A stretch of DNA of 57,280 nt from Escherichia phage KS_W4. The DNA lies in sequence record PP627281.1; one strand, written 5' to 3'. The position numbers were made by a program, and so were the translations under genes. Within the stretch, counting starts at the first letter, position 1. Every line of letters begins with the position of its first letter. Under the pieces are notes generated by a model. That model was not told where the DNA came from, did no database searches, and saw nothing but the letters and a program-made list of their open reading frames with translations. Positions 10,072 through 19,799 of this stretch are shown piece after piece.

Positions 10072-10469
10072 AAGCGCGCAGACAGTTAATTGATAAGAAG
10101 ATCCTCCAATGGGAACTAAATAGTAAAGTCCCCGGCGGGGGATCTTCTTTATTATCGCAACTGCAAAAGGTTGAGGAACAGTCTGGTAAGACGCCACCTA
10201 AGCTTAAAGAATATCGGGAAAAGGAAATACCGCTTTGCTTCGAATATCTATCTACTTTATTTGATGATATCTACACTGGAGGAGATTTTAGTTATACAGA
10301 ATTGCACAGCTATCAAGTGACAATGGGCTTACATCTTCAACCGTACGAATGCGAAATACTGCGGCAGCTATGGCTTGAAAAGCGCGTGTCAGAAGCTGAA
10401 CAAAATGCTAAACTCATGGAAAGTCAAATGCAAAATCAAAATAAAGGTAGAAGAAAAAGGAGAAGATAA
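9664..10469 (+). CDS. tail assembly chaperone -1 frameshift fusion product (GT-like), predicted
   Basis: The -1 frame is open from 10062 to a stop at 10467-10469 that overlaps the tape-measure ATG (TAATG); U UUU UUC heptamer at the chaperone 3' end; 10-bp inverted repeat AAGAAGATCC/GGATCTTCTT at 10095-10149 downstream. Confidence 0.5.
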
Positions 10470-13400
10470 TGGCCGAAACCGCTTCGCTAGTAATCAGAGT
10501 TGACGCGAGAGGGATTAGTACCGCGGACTCTATGTTGCGGAACTTAGCGCGTACAGGTGACACAGCGGAGCGGTCTGCTCAACGTGTTACCTCCAGCTAT
10601 AAAACATTGTCTAACACATCTAACGAACTTGCAACTGTCACAAGTCGTTTAGATGCTGCAATTGTAGGAATGATTAGCGTCGACACCATTAACCGTGTTA
10701 TTTCGCTATCGGACTCATGGACTATCCTCACCAACAAACTTGAACTGGCTCGTACGGGTAATGAAACCGTTGCGGATGCGCAGCAACGCGTGTTTGATAT
10801 TGCCCAGCGGTCACGTACAAGCTTGGAAGCAACTGCAACTCTGTACTCCCGTCTCCAGCGTGCGATGAAGAATACTGGTATGACTGGTATGGAGCTTGGA
10901 CGTATCACGGAAACAATTAACAAAGCAATGATTGTTTCCGGTGCAACATCCCATGAAGCAAGTGCTGCCCTTATTCAGTTTTCGCAAGCAATGGCATCCG
11001 GTGTTCTGCGTGGGGATGAATTCCGCTCTGTTGCAGAACAAGCGCCGCGCTTAACTCAAATCATGTCCGATTCGTTAGGCGTTACTATTGGACAATTGCG
11101 TGAGCTGGCGTACAGCGGCAAGTTAACAGCCGATGTGGTTATCAAATCGTTGTCTGGTGCTGCGGATACAATTGATAAAGAATTTAGCCGCACTATGCCA
11201 ACGTTCAACCAGCAATGGACAGTTGCAACAAACAACCTGACTAAGTTTATGGGCGAATCCCAAAAGACTCAAGGTGCTGTTGCTGCATTGGGACAGACGT
11301 TTGTTGCATTATCCGAAAACTTAGGAACGGTTGTAACGGTTGGTTCAGCTTTAGCCACAGTGATTACCGCCCGTATCATCACGGCAATGTTGGCCAAGAC
11401 TAAAGCGTCTATAGCTGCTGCAAAAGCATCACGGATGGAAGCTGCACAAACGGCGGCAACTACTGCGGTGATGCAAAGCTCTATTGGCGTTACCGCACAG
11501 AAAGCGGCTGCGGATCGTGCTGCTTCGCTTGCATCGTTGCAGGTGGCACGCGGTGCATTAGCAGTTGCTAAAGGTACGGCAGCGGAAGCCGGCGCACGTC
11601 TTGCTCTTATTAACGCTACCCGTGCGCATTCTGCGGCAATTATGGCGGACGTACAAGCGCGGCAAGCGCTCAATGCTGCGCTCAATGCAACCGTACCAGC
11701 CGCAAGCCGAGCCGCTACAGCAATGAGCGTGCTGCGCGGTGCTATGGGGTTAATTGGTGGTCCTGTTGGTGTAGCAATGCTGGCAGCGGGTGCAATTTAC
11801 TCCTATAAAGCGTCGCTGGAAGCTGGTCGTGCGGAAAACAATCAGTTTGCAGATAGTGTTGATAGTGTACGCGAAAAACTAATGCAGATGACGGAAGCTC
11901 AGCTGGCAGCTAACGCTGTCAAAGCTCGCGCAATACTTCCTGAACTTGAAGAGCAAATGAAGCGGGAACAGACCGCTCTAAAATCTGCAACAGAAACGCA
12001 AAAGTTCTACGAAGCACAATTAAAACGTCGAGCTGCATCCGGTCGAGATACTGCTAGTGCGGAAAAGAACTTACAGATTGCTACGGATAACGTCAAGCTA
12101 GCTGCTGAACGCGCGGAAGACGCACAACGTCGATATAACAATGTGCTTGAAATGACAAGCCCCGCTATAGAGAAAATAATCCCTCTAGCACGTCAGCTTG
12201 CTGCGGATATGAAGGCTGTCCTTAGCATTAAATCCGGTCCGTTAATTGACGAAAAAGTATTGGATCGCTTTAAAGGTCAACTCGGGGACGTTAACCGTGA
12301 GATTGATGTTAACACGGTTAAGGGCGCTGGTAATGCTCGCCAAGCTGCAATCCTTAGTGGACTGTACCAGACGCTGGGCAAGGATGCGGATACATACGGA
12401 AGTCTTATTCGCAAAGTGGCTATGGGTCAGGACGTTAGCTCAGAGGCAACAAGCGAATCCGCTAAAGAGCTTGTTAAATACGCTCAAGATTTGGCCCAAG
12501 CTCTTGGCAAAAACTACGATCTTGAAGAAGCAGAGAGGAACCGGACTAAAGCTACAAAAGACGCTATTAAGGCAGATCAACAAAACGCTAAGGTTATTGA
12601 CGATTTACGAAACAAGCTTAACGAAGTAACCACAGGGGTTAAGGAAAACGCCAAAGCGAAAGCGCAAGCGGTGGCACTTAATAAGCTCAATGCGTCTGCA
12701 ACGGCTGCGGAAAAAGCAGAAGTTGTTAGTCTTGCTGCTGCAATTTACGATGCAGAAGAAGCTCAAAAGAAACTGGACGAGCGTAAGAAGAACCGTAAGT
12801 TTGCTCAGGGTCTGTTAGATGAAGGTATGACAGACTATGAAAAAATCGCGTACGAGCAAAATACAAAGATTGCAGAGCTTAATGCAAAACAACGAGCCGA
12901 TGATCTAGCTTACTATCAGCTTTACGAAGATGCTAAAACCCAAGTCCTGAAGAAAGCGAGCATGGAAAGGGAAAATCTGGATAAAGTTCTTATGAACCGA
13001 ATGATATCCTTTTCTCAGGAATCCTTAGGCATTATAATGGATGGACTGTCACAGGCTGTAAGCCAGCAGAACTTCTTTTATAAAGCTATGTTTGCAGCAC
13101 AGAAAGCAATGCAAATCCCGTCAATCCTTGCTAACACGGAAACGGCAGCATCCGCGGCGCTTGCATGGGGTACACAGCAAGGCGGTGCTACAATGGGCGC
13201 AACAATGGCAGCTATAGTGAAAACTATGGGCTATGCGTCAGCAGCTACTGTGGGTGGCTTAGCAATTGCTGGTATGGCTCACGACGGTATTGATAACGTT
13301 CCGCGTGAAGGTACATGGTTGCTGGATAAGGGTGAACGTGTACTTAATGCTCCGTCTAATGACAAGTTAAATCGCTTTCTGGATAGCCAAGCTTCACAAC

Positions 13401-13585
13401 AAGGTGGCGTGAATATGTCCGGTGGTGTTAGCATTGTTCAGTATATCACGGTGCAAGGAAATGGCGATGCAGCACTCACACAAGCCATGCAAAAAGCAGC
13501 CCGTGATGGCGCTGAGCAGGGATATAATAAAGTTCTTAATGACTTTGCATCCCGAGGAACAATTCGTAGAACTGCAATGGGGTAA
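10469..13585 (+). CDS. tail tape measure protein
   Basis: 1038-aa Ala-rich, largely helical ORF directly after the chaperone frameshift region. Confidence 0.8.
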   Translation: MAETASLVIRVDARGISTADSMLRNLARTGDTAERSAQRVTSSYKTLSNTSNELATVTSRLDAAIVGMISVDTINRVISLSDSWTILTNKLELARTGNETVADAQQRVFDIAQRSRTSLEATATLYSRLQRAMKNTGMTGMELGRITETINKAMIVSGATSHEASAALIQFSQAMASGVLRGDEFRSVAEQAPRLTQIMSDSLGVTIGQLRELAYSGKLTADVVIKSLSGAADTIDKEFSRTMPTFNQQWTVATNNLTKFMGESQKTQGAVAALGQTFVALSENLGTVVTVGSALATVITARIITAMLAKTKASIAAAKASRMEAAQTAATTAVMQSSIGVTAQKAAADRAASLASLQVARGALAVAKGTAAEAGARLALINATRAHSAAIMADVQARQALNAALNATVPAASRAATAMSVLRGAMGLIGGPVGVAMLAAGAIYSYKASLEAGRAENNQFADSVDSVREKLMQMTEAQLAANAVKARAILPELEEQMKREQTALKSATETQKFYEAQLKRRAASGRDTASAEKNLQIATDNVKLAAERAEDAQRRYNNVLEMTSPAIEKIIPLARQLAADMKAVLSIKSGPLIDEKVLDRFKGQLGDVNREIDVNTVKGAGNARQAAILSGLYQTLGKDADTYGSLIRKVAMGQDVSSEATSESAKELVKYAQDLAQALGKNYDLEEAERNRTKATKDAIKADQQNAKVIDDLRNKLNEVTTGVKENAKAKAQAVALNKLNASATAAEKAEVVSLAAAIYDAEEAQKKLDERKKNRKFAQGLLDEGMTDYEKIAYEQNTKIAELNAKQRADDLAYYQLYEDAKTQVLKKASMERENLDKVLMNRMISFSQESLGIIMDGLSQAVSQQNFFYKAMFAAQKAMQIPSILANTETAASAALAWGTQQGGATMGATMAAIVKTMGYASAATVGGLAIAGMAHDGIDNVPREGTWLLDKGERVLNAPSNDKLNRFLDSQASQQGGVNMSGGVSIVQYITVQGNGDAALTQAMQKAARDGAEQGYNKVLNDFASRGTIRRTAMG

Positions 13586-13588
13586 TAT

Positions 13589-14173
13589 ATGCTCACTTGG
13601 CCCGAAGAAATTAGACCTTCCGAGATGGAATGGTATCTTGTTTCAAACTCTGTTGAATTTACAAGCCCCTTTAATGGGGCTTCACAAACTGTGTCCTATC
13701 CTGGGTCACGATGGGAAGCAACATTAACGTTCAGCAATTTAAATGACTGGCAATCCAGAAAGCTTGAATCAACGTTAGCTAAGCTTGACGGTAAAGCTGG
13801 TCGTATTATGCTTCAGGATTTTGGTCGCTGGGGTCGTGCACCGATTGGATCACCTGTGGTTAATGGCGCAAACAATACAGGGACAACTTTATCAACCAAA
13901 GGTTGGACTCCTAACAGAAAGGTTCTATGGGAAGGGGATTACATCGCAGTAAATAATGAATTAAAATTAATAACCGAAGATGCTTGGAGCGATTCTTCTG
14001 GTAACGTGATTTTAAATATTGCCCCAATGCTGAGGACTATTCCACCAAACGGGGCTAAAATCGAAACTCAAAAACCACAAGGGGCTTTCCGTTTAGCAGA
14101 AAACACTAACGGGGTTAAGCGTCAACCAGCTTTTAATAATTCATTCACTTTAAAATTCTCGGAGGCGTTCTAA
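13589..14173 (+). CDS. minor/distal tail protein
   Basis: 194-aa ORF immediately after tape measure; lambda-like order. Confidence 0.5.
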   Translation: MLTWPEEIRPSEMEWYLVSNSVEFTSPFNGASQTVSYPGSRWEATLTFSNLNDWQSRKLESTLAKLDGKAGRIMLQDFGRWGRAPIGSPVVNGANNTGTTLSTKGWTPNRKVLWEGDYIAVNNELKLITEDAWSDSSGNVILNIAPMLRTIPPNGAKIETQKPQGAFRLAENTNGVKRQPAFNNSFTLKFSEAF

Positions 14174-14757
14174 TGCTATTCAGTCCTTTCAGCGATACGC
14201 TTCTTAATGCAATGGAGCAGCCAAACGTTAGTTTGGTCCTTGCTGCGGAAATCGACTTTCCTTCTGGTGTAACGCGTGTACATACTGGGACAGGTGTTGT
14301 TGTTATTAACGGTCAAACGTTCCTGGGCGTTGGTACGCTTGGAGACGTAGGATCTGTAACAGAAGAAAACAGCACAAGCTCAAGCACAATGTCCATGGCA
14401 TTAAGCGGTCTGGATATGAGTCTTGTTGGAGAGACGTTAAACGAAGAAGTTATCGGGCGCAATGTTGTTTGCTATATTGCAGTGATGAACGATCAAGGTA
14501 ACGTCATTGCTGCTAATATTTTGTTTGAAGGTTTCATTACAGACACCGCATTACAAGCAGGTCAACAGAATGCATTGAGTTATGTTATTTCCAACGTGTT
14601 TGAGCGTTGGTCACAAGGTTTACCGGATCGCTATACGGATGAAAGTCAACAGCGTTTATATCCGGGCGACCGTTTCTTTAGATATATTGCACAAATGGCT
14701 GAACGTTCAATCTTCTGGGGGAGTAAAAAAGATGCGCCAGGGTTCTCCTATGAGTAA
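14173..14757 (+). CDS. minor tail protein
   Basis: 194-aa ORF with TAATG coupling to upstream gene. Confidence 0.5.
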   Translation: MLFSPFSDTLLNAMEQPNVSLVLAAEIDFPSGVTRVHTGTGVVVINGQTFLGVGTLGDVGSVTEENSTSSSTMSMALSGLDMSLVGETLNEEVIGRNVVCYIAVMNDQGNVIAANILFEGFITDTALQAGQQNALSYVISNVFERWSQGLPDRYTDESQQRLYPGDRFFRYIAQMAERSIFWGSKKDAPGFSYE

Positions 14758-15166
14758 GTTGCCAGGCTGGCAGACACGTTTATTAACCACAGTAAAGGAG
14801 TTGTCATCGACTCCTTTTTCTTGGGGTGAAAATGATTGCTGTACCTTTGCTGCTAAATGTGTTGATGCTCAATACGGTACAAATATCTACGAACAAGTCG
14901 CTGGAAAATATAGTACAGAGCTTGGAAGTAAAAAGTTCACTATTGAAAGAGTTGGAACCGCTTACCTTCCATTGTTATTGGATACTTACCTCAGCGAACG
15001 CGTTGACAAGAACTATGCGCAAAGAGGCGATGTGGTTACATTTGAGGGAGCATTGGGCTTAACTGCTGGCATATTATGGACTGGATATGTATGGGCTATG
15101 GGTCCGAACGGTGTGGAAACATTCCCGCTTAATAAGATCAAAATTACGGATATTTGGAGGGTCTAA
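14732..15166 (+). CDS. tail assembly protein (gpK-like, cysteine peptidase-type motif)
   Basis: GGGGGAG RBS before ATG at 14732; contains GENDCCTFAAKC motif; sits before the tip protein gene. Confidence 0.45.
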   Translation: MRQGSPMSKLPGWQTRLLTTVKELSSTPFSWGENDCCTFAAKCVDAQYGTNIYEQVAGKYSTELGSKKFTIERVGTAYLPLLLDTYLSERVDKNYAQRGDVVTFEGALGLTAGILWTGYVWAMGPNGVETFPLNKIKITDIWRV

Positions 15167-18100
15167 TGCCACCAGCAATAATTGGAGCAGCGATAGCTTT
15201 AGGTGCGTCGGCTGCTGCTGCGGCTAGTATTATTTCGGCTACTACCGCTCTCGTTATCGGTATTGCTGCAACCGCGGCAGGTGCTCTTTTGACTAAGACA
15301 CCAAATATGAACTTTGATGCTTACAAGGGGCAGCAAGAGCGTAAACAGGTTCTGCGTGCGGCTACAGCGTCACGTTCTGTTGTATATGGCACGACCGTAG
15401 CGTCCGGACTATTAGCATTTGCGGAGGAAGAAGCTGGAGATCAAGATGAAGGTGAATGGATGCATCTTGTTGTTGTTCTTGCTAGTCATAAATTGGAAGG
15501 TATTGAAACGATTTGGTTGGGTGATGACGGAATTGATTGGTTTGGTGAAAACGCTACTTGGGAGTTTCATAACGACCGTCAGACTGTTGACCCATTCATG
15601 TTAAGACATTGTCCTTCCTGGAAGGAGGATATGATTGGCAAGGGTATTGCATGGCTACGTTTAAGCTTAAAGTTTGATGCTGAAAAATTCCCATCTGGTT
15701 TGCCAAACGTCAAGGTGTTGAAAAAGGGACGTAGAGTCTATGACCCACGTTCCGGTCAAACTGTCTTTAGCGATAACGCTGCTCTTGTTATTCTTGATTA
15801 TTTCCGCACGTATTTAAAGCGCAAGGACGAGAATATTAACTGGGACCAATTCAAGGAAGCTGCTAACATCTGCGATGAGTTTGTTACTAACGCAGATAAC
15901 ACTACGGAAAGACGCTACCGCATTAACGGTGAGTTTGAAGTGGATGAAGCACCTGCCAAAATCCTTGATGCTATGCTTGAAGCTTGCGGTGGGGAACTAA
16001 CCTATATTGGCGGCAAGCATGGTCTGTTAGTTGGCGCTTATTATGGTCCTGCTACCATGACTTTGGACGAAAGCTGCATTGCTGGGGATATTAAAATTAT
16101 CCCTGAAACATCTTATAAAGAGCGCACCAATACCATTACAGGTACATTCGTTGACCCGAAGCAAACATACGCTGAAGCAGATTTTCCTCCAGTTGTGGTT
16201 AAGGAATGGGTGGAAAAAGATGGCGGCGAAATAACGCAGGACATGGATTTCCGCTTTGTTACAAGTGAATATCAAGCTCAACGTCTTGCTAATATTATTT
16301 TACGTCGTAAGCGTGTTGGTCGAACAATTGAAGTGCCGTGTAACATGAAGGGGTATAAATTCCGCCCGGGCATGTATGTCAACGTGACAATTTCAAATAT
16401 TGGAATGAAAAATGTTGAGATGCGCGTTACTAAATGGTCATTCGATCCTAAAGGTGGAATTAATCTTGTCCTTCGTCAAGACTTCCTGGAAATGTGGGAC
16501 GATGCTATTGGTAAACCAATGGAGCGTCCGGATCTGGTAGACCTTCCGTCTGGTGCTATTGCTCAACCGCAAAACCTTCAGTATCAGGTATTGCAGATCA
16601 GCGATGTTGTGCAAGGTGTTTTAACATGGAGCAATATTGGACAGGTAGCGTATAACCGCGTAGCCGTGCGACAGGGAGGTACAACGGTTTGGACTGCACA
16701 AGTCCCTGGCCAAAACGTTCGCGTTACTGGGTTGCTGCGTGGCGCGTATACAGCGCATGTTCAAGCGGTAGCTTATAGCGGGACAATATCACCGGAAGCG
16801 TATCTTGAATTTAATATTCAAGCGCCGCCTCCGCCAACGTCTATTGAAGTGCAACAGGGTTACTTTGCTATAAGTCTAATCCCTAAATCCGCAGATATTG
16901 CAAACGTTAGCACGCAGTATGATTTTTGGACCTCTGGTGAAACAAGATTGTCTTCCGTGTCTACGGATATTGTGGAACGCGAAGCAACTCGTAAAGGTAT
17001 GGGTACAACATGGACTTCAGAAGGTTTGAAGAATGACCACACTTATTACTGGTATGTTCGCACTATCAACGCTTTTGGATCGTCTGCATTTGTAGAGGTT
17101 GCTGCATTGTGCTTCACAACAGCTACAGACTTAATGCCACAGATTGATTCTGAGTTCAAGAAGACGGAGACTTATAAAGAGCTTACTGCTGAAATTACAG
17201 GTGTTAAAGACGGTGTTACCCAACTCAGCCAAACTGTAGTAGATACAGAAAAGCGTTTAAGCCAAAGTGTTAGCAACATTCAGCAGAGCGTTATTACTTT
17301 GGACGGTGTTGTTCAGGATCAAGGTGTTACTATCAATGAACAAGGACAACTTATTGATGCACAGGGCCGATTGATTGATACGCAAGGTAAAACTATTCAG
17401 CAAGTTAGCGCGACTGTACAGGAGACAAGTAAAGCAGTCGTAGATCTGGAAGGTAATGTTAACGCGCAATGGGGCGCTAAGGTACAGGTTGACAGTAAAG
17501 GGCAAAAATACGTCGCTGGTATCCAGTTAGGTATGGAAGGGTCCGGTGGAGCTGTCCAGTCTTACTTCATGGTGAGCGCTAACAACTTTGCTATCTATAA
17601 CCCGACAAACAGCGTAGCAGAACTGGCATTTGCTGTTAAGAACGGTCAAGTGTTCATGAAGGCTGCGTTTATTGAAAATGGTACTATCGACAGCGCCAAA
17701 ATTTCAAACCAGATTCAGTCAACTAACTACGCTAACAATAGCGCGGGTTGGATGATTAACAAGAACGGTAGCGCTCAGTTTAACAACGTAACGATAAGAG
17801 GTACTGTATACGCTAGCAACGGGTCTTTTACTGGTACAGTGAACGCAACAAGCGGTAAATTCAAGGGTACTGTGGAAGCCACCAGTTTTGTGGGTGATGT
17901 TGCGAATATGTGTGTCATTGCTGAGTCTGCAATACCAAACACACAAACTACAAGTTCAAGAACCTGGACAAAAACTTTCAAAGACTCATCCGGTTCAACA
18001 TTATCTAAAGACTTTGTGTTGTTATTAAGTTATAGTTTAACTGCATATACATCAAAGCAGTCAAGTCGTATAATTGTGACTGCTAACATAGGTGGAACAT

Positions 18101-18288
18101 CAATAACAAGGAGGATTGAGCGAGCTGCCAATGGACCTGCCATGGATGTAACCGTACCTTTAGCAGTGAAAGGAAAGACAGCGTCGAGCGTGACAATAAC
18201 CGTTAAGGAGGAGTATACGAACGTCTATGGGAGCTACTTGCGCCCGTCTGTAATATTAATGACTCGCGGAACTGGTAGTTGGTCGTAA
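15166..18288 (+). CDS. tail tip / host specificity protein (J-like)
   Basis: about 1040 aa; GGAGGG RBS and TAATG coupling; hydrophobic Ala-rich N-terminus, large beta-rich body; followed by terminator. Confidence 0.65.
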   Translation: MPPAIIGAAIALGASAAAAASIISATTALVIGIAATAAGALLTKTPNMNFDAYKGQQERKQVLRAATASRSVVYGTTVASGLLAFAEEEAGDQDEGEWMHLVVVLASHKLEGIETIWLGDDGIDWFGENATWEFHNDRQTVDPFMLRHCPSWKEDMIGKGIAWLRLSLKFDAEKFPSGLPNVKVLKKGRRVYDPRSGQTVFSDNAALVILDYFRTYLKRKDENINWDQFKEAANICDEFVTNADNTTERRYRINGEFEVDEAPAKILDAMLEACGGELTYIGGKHGLLVGAYYGPATMTLDESCIAGDIKIIPETSYKERTNTITGTFVDPKQTYAEADFPPVVVKEWVEKDGGEITQDMDFRFVTSEYQAQRLANIILRRKRVGRTIEVPCNMKGYKFRPGMYVNVTISNIGMKNVEMRVTKWSFDPKGGINLVLRQDFLEMWDDAIGKPMERPDLVDLPSGAIAQPQNLQYQVLQISDVVQGVLTWSNIGQVAYNRVAVRQGGTTVWTAQVPGQNVRVTGLLRGAYTAHVQAVAYSGTISPEAYLEFNIQAPPPPTSIEVQQGYFAISLIPKSADIANVSTQYDFWTSGETRLSSVSTDIVEREATRKGMGTTWTSEGLKNDHTYYWYVRTINAFGSSAFVEVAALCFTTATDLMPQIDSEFKKTETYKELTAEITGVKDGVTQLSQTVVDTEKRLSQSVSNIQQSVITLDGVVQDQGVTINEQGQLIDAQGRLIDTQGKTIQQVSATVQETSKAVVDLEGNVNAQWGAKVQVDSKGQKYVAGIQLGMEGSGGAVQSYFMVSANNFAIYNPTNSVAELAFAVKNGQVFMKAAFIENGTIDSAKISNQIQSTNYANNSAGWMINKNGSAQFNNVTIRGTVYASNGSFTGTVNATSGKFKGTVEATSFVGDVANMCVIAESAIPNTQTTSSRTWTKTFKDSSGSTLSKDFVLLLSYSLTAYTSKQSSRIIVTANIGGTSITRRIERAANGPAMDVTVPLAVKGKTASSVTITVKEEYTNVYGSYLRPSVILMTRGTGSWS

Positions 18289-18295
18289 TAAATAA

Positions 18296-18324
18296 TTAAC
18301 CCCTCAAACGAGGGGTTAATTTTC
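18296..18324. terminator. bidirectional rho-independent terminator
   Basis: TTAACCCCTC-AAAC-GAGGGGTTAA followed by TTTTC; lies between the + tip gene and the - lipoprotein gene. Confidence 0.7.
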
Positions 18325-18556
18325 AATAATCAATTACACAGTTTGAAGGTGAACCAATTCTTCGGTATTCATGATCAATCTCATGGCACCATTGTCCAGT
18401 CATTGGAAGCTTTTCGGTATCATAAATTAAAGAACCGTTACCATCACGGTCTAACGGTTTTGGAATAACGCCGGAATTAGGTTTACCCGTATTTAGACCG
18501 TTACCACATGCAGTGAGGGATAAAGTTAATGCCAGCATAATTAAAGCGCGTTTCAT
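18323..18556 (-). CDS. Cor-like lipoprotein (putative superinfection exclusion)
   Basis: 77-aa ORF with signal peptide and lipobox LTAC-G; opposite strand inside the tail module, as in T1/phi80-type cor genes. Confidence 0.5.
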   Translation of the reverse strand: MKRALIMLALTLSLTACGNGLNTGKPNSGVIPKPLDRDGNGSLIYDTEKLPMTGQWCHEIDHEYRRIGSPSNCVIDY

Positions 18557-18638
18557 TGGGACTCCTTTGTGTTGTTGTCAAGGTTCAATTCTAATATACT
18601 TGTTGTGTTGAGTAAGTCAAATAAATGTGGGAGATATT

Positions 18639-19799
18639 ATGGCAACTCGTTTACGTGGTACTTTAGTTGATGGTTTAAATAAACCAATTGTCAACGCTAC
18701 AGTTGCGCTTTTAGCAAAAGGGAATAGCTTATTGGTATTGTCCGGCAGTGAAGCTATCTTTAAAACAAGCGCAACCGGAACATATGATATTACAGTCCAA
18801 ACAGGCTATTACAAGGTTATTATCGGTCCGCAAGGTAGCGAGCCTTATAAAGCTGGTGAAATTGCTATTTACGCGGACAGTAAAGAAGGTACGCTGAATA
18901 ACTATTTAACTTCCTGGGCACCGGAAGAGTTAACTCCGGAAGTTATTGCACAGGTTAAAGATTTAGTTTCACAAGCTGAGACAGCTAAGAATGCTTCAGC
19001 TTCGTCAGCTACTAAATCCGAGCAGGAACGAGTTAAAGCAGAAGCTGCTGCTAAAAAGGCGGAAGATACTGCTAACGGTATGAAAGATTCTATTGGTCTA
19101 GCTAACAGACCTCGTCATATTGAAGATATCACTGGAAATCCTGCAAGCTTCCTTGGGTTTATACGCATTCTAAGAGCCACTACCGTAGGATATCCGTCTA
19201 TTGCCAGCGCAGATAACACTTTAGCTGGTTTTATTTCCCCAATGGATGGAACGCCAGGCTATATTGGTTTATTTGTTGGCGATGTGACTGGAACAGTTTA
19301 TAGTTACCGATGGGTACAAACGAAGGGTGCTTCATGGTGGAAAAGTGCTCTTTACAGTCAAATTGATAGATATATTCAGCTGGCTAGCGGTGAGACTCAG
19401 ATGAAGAGCGGTAATGCTAATTACCATCTATACATTAACGATCTGCAAGGATGGGGAGCCTATGATAATATTAATAAGCGGTTTATACCCCTGCCAGTTG
19501 CCAAAGGCGGTACAGGGGCGCTCACAGACGCGGATGCTCGTACAAACTTACGCCTCGGTGCTAATGATACACCGCAGTTCAGAAACCTTAATCTTGTTAA
19601 CGTAGCAGACACAGCTCAAGCCCCTTCCGGTATTGTGAGCGGTTATTTAAATAATAGTTCTGGAGTTCAAAGATGTCGCTACCGCATATATTCTGAGATA
19701 CGCGGAGATAACAAAGCGTGGTTAACCTTACACCTTCAATCAGACACAGCAACAAATAAATATGCTGGTTTAAGTGTGGATGGTAAATTTCATTGGTAA
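18639..19799 (+). CDS. tail fibre protein
   Basis: RBS GGGAGAT before ATG at 18639 (ORF track starts at GTG 18627); contains WGAYD...IPLP...GGTGA...TNL motif also found in the next ORF. Confidence 0.55.
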   Translation: MATRLRGTLVDGLNKPIVNATVALLAKGNSLLVLSGSEAIFKTSATGTYDITVQTGYYKVIIGPQGSEPYKAGEIAIYADSKEGTLNNYLTSWAPEELTPEVIAQVKDLVSQAETAKNASASSATKSEQERVKAEAAAKKAEDTANGMKDSIGLANRPRHIEDITGNPASFLGFIRILRATTVGYPSIASADNTLAGFISPMDGTPGYIGLFVGDVTGTVYSYRWVQTKGASWWKSALYSQIDRYIQLASGETQMKSGNANYHLYINDLQGWGAYDNINKRFIPLPVAKGGTGALTDADARTNLRLGANDTPQFRNLNLVNVADTAQAPSGIVSGYLNNSSGVQRCRYRIYSEIRGDNKAWLTLHLQSDTATNKYAGLSVDGKFHW

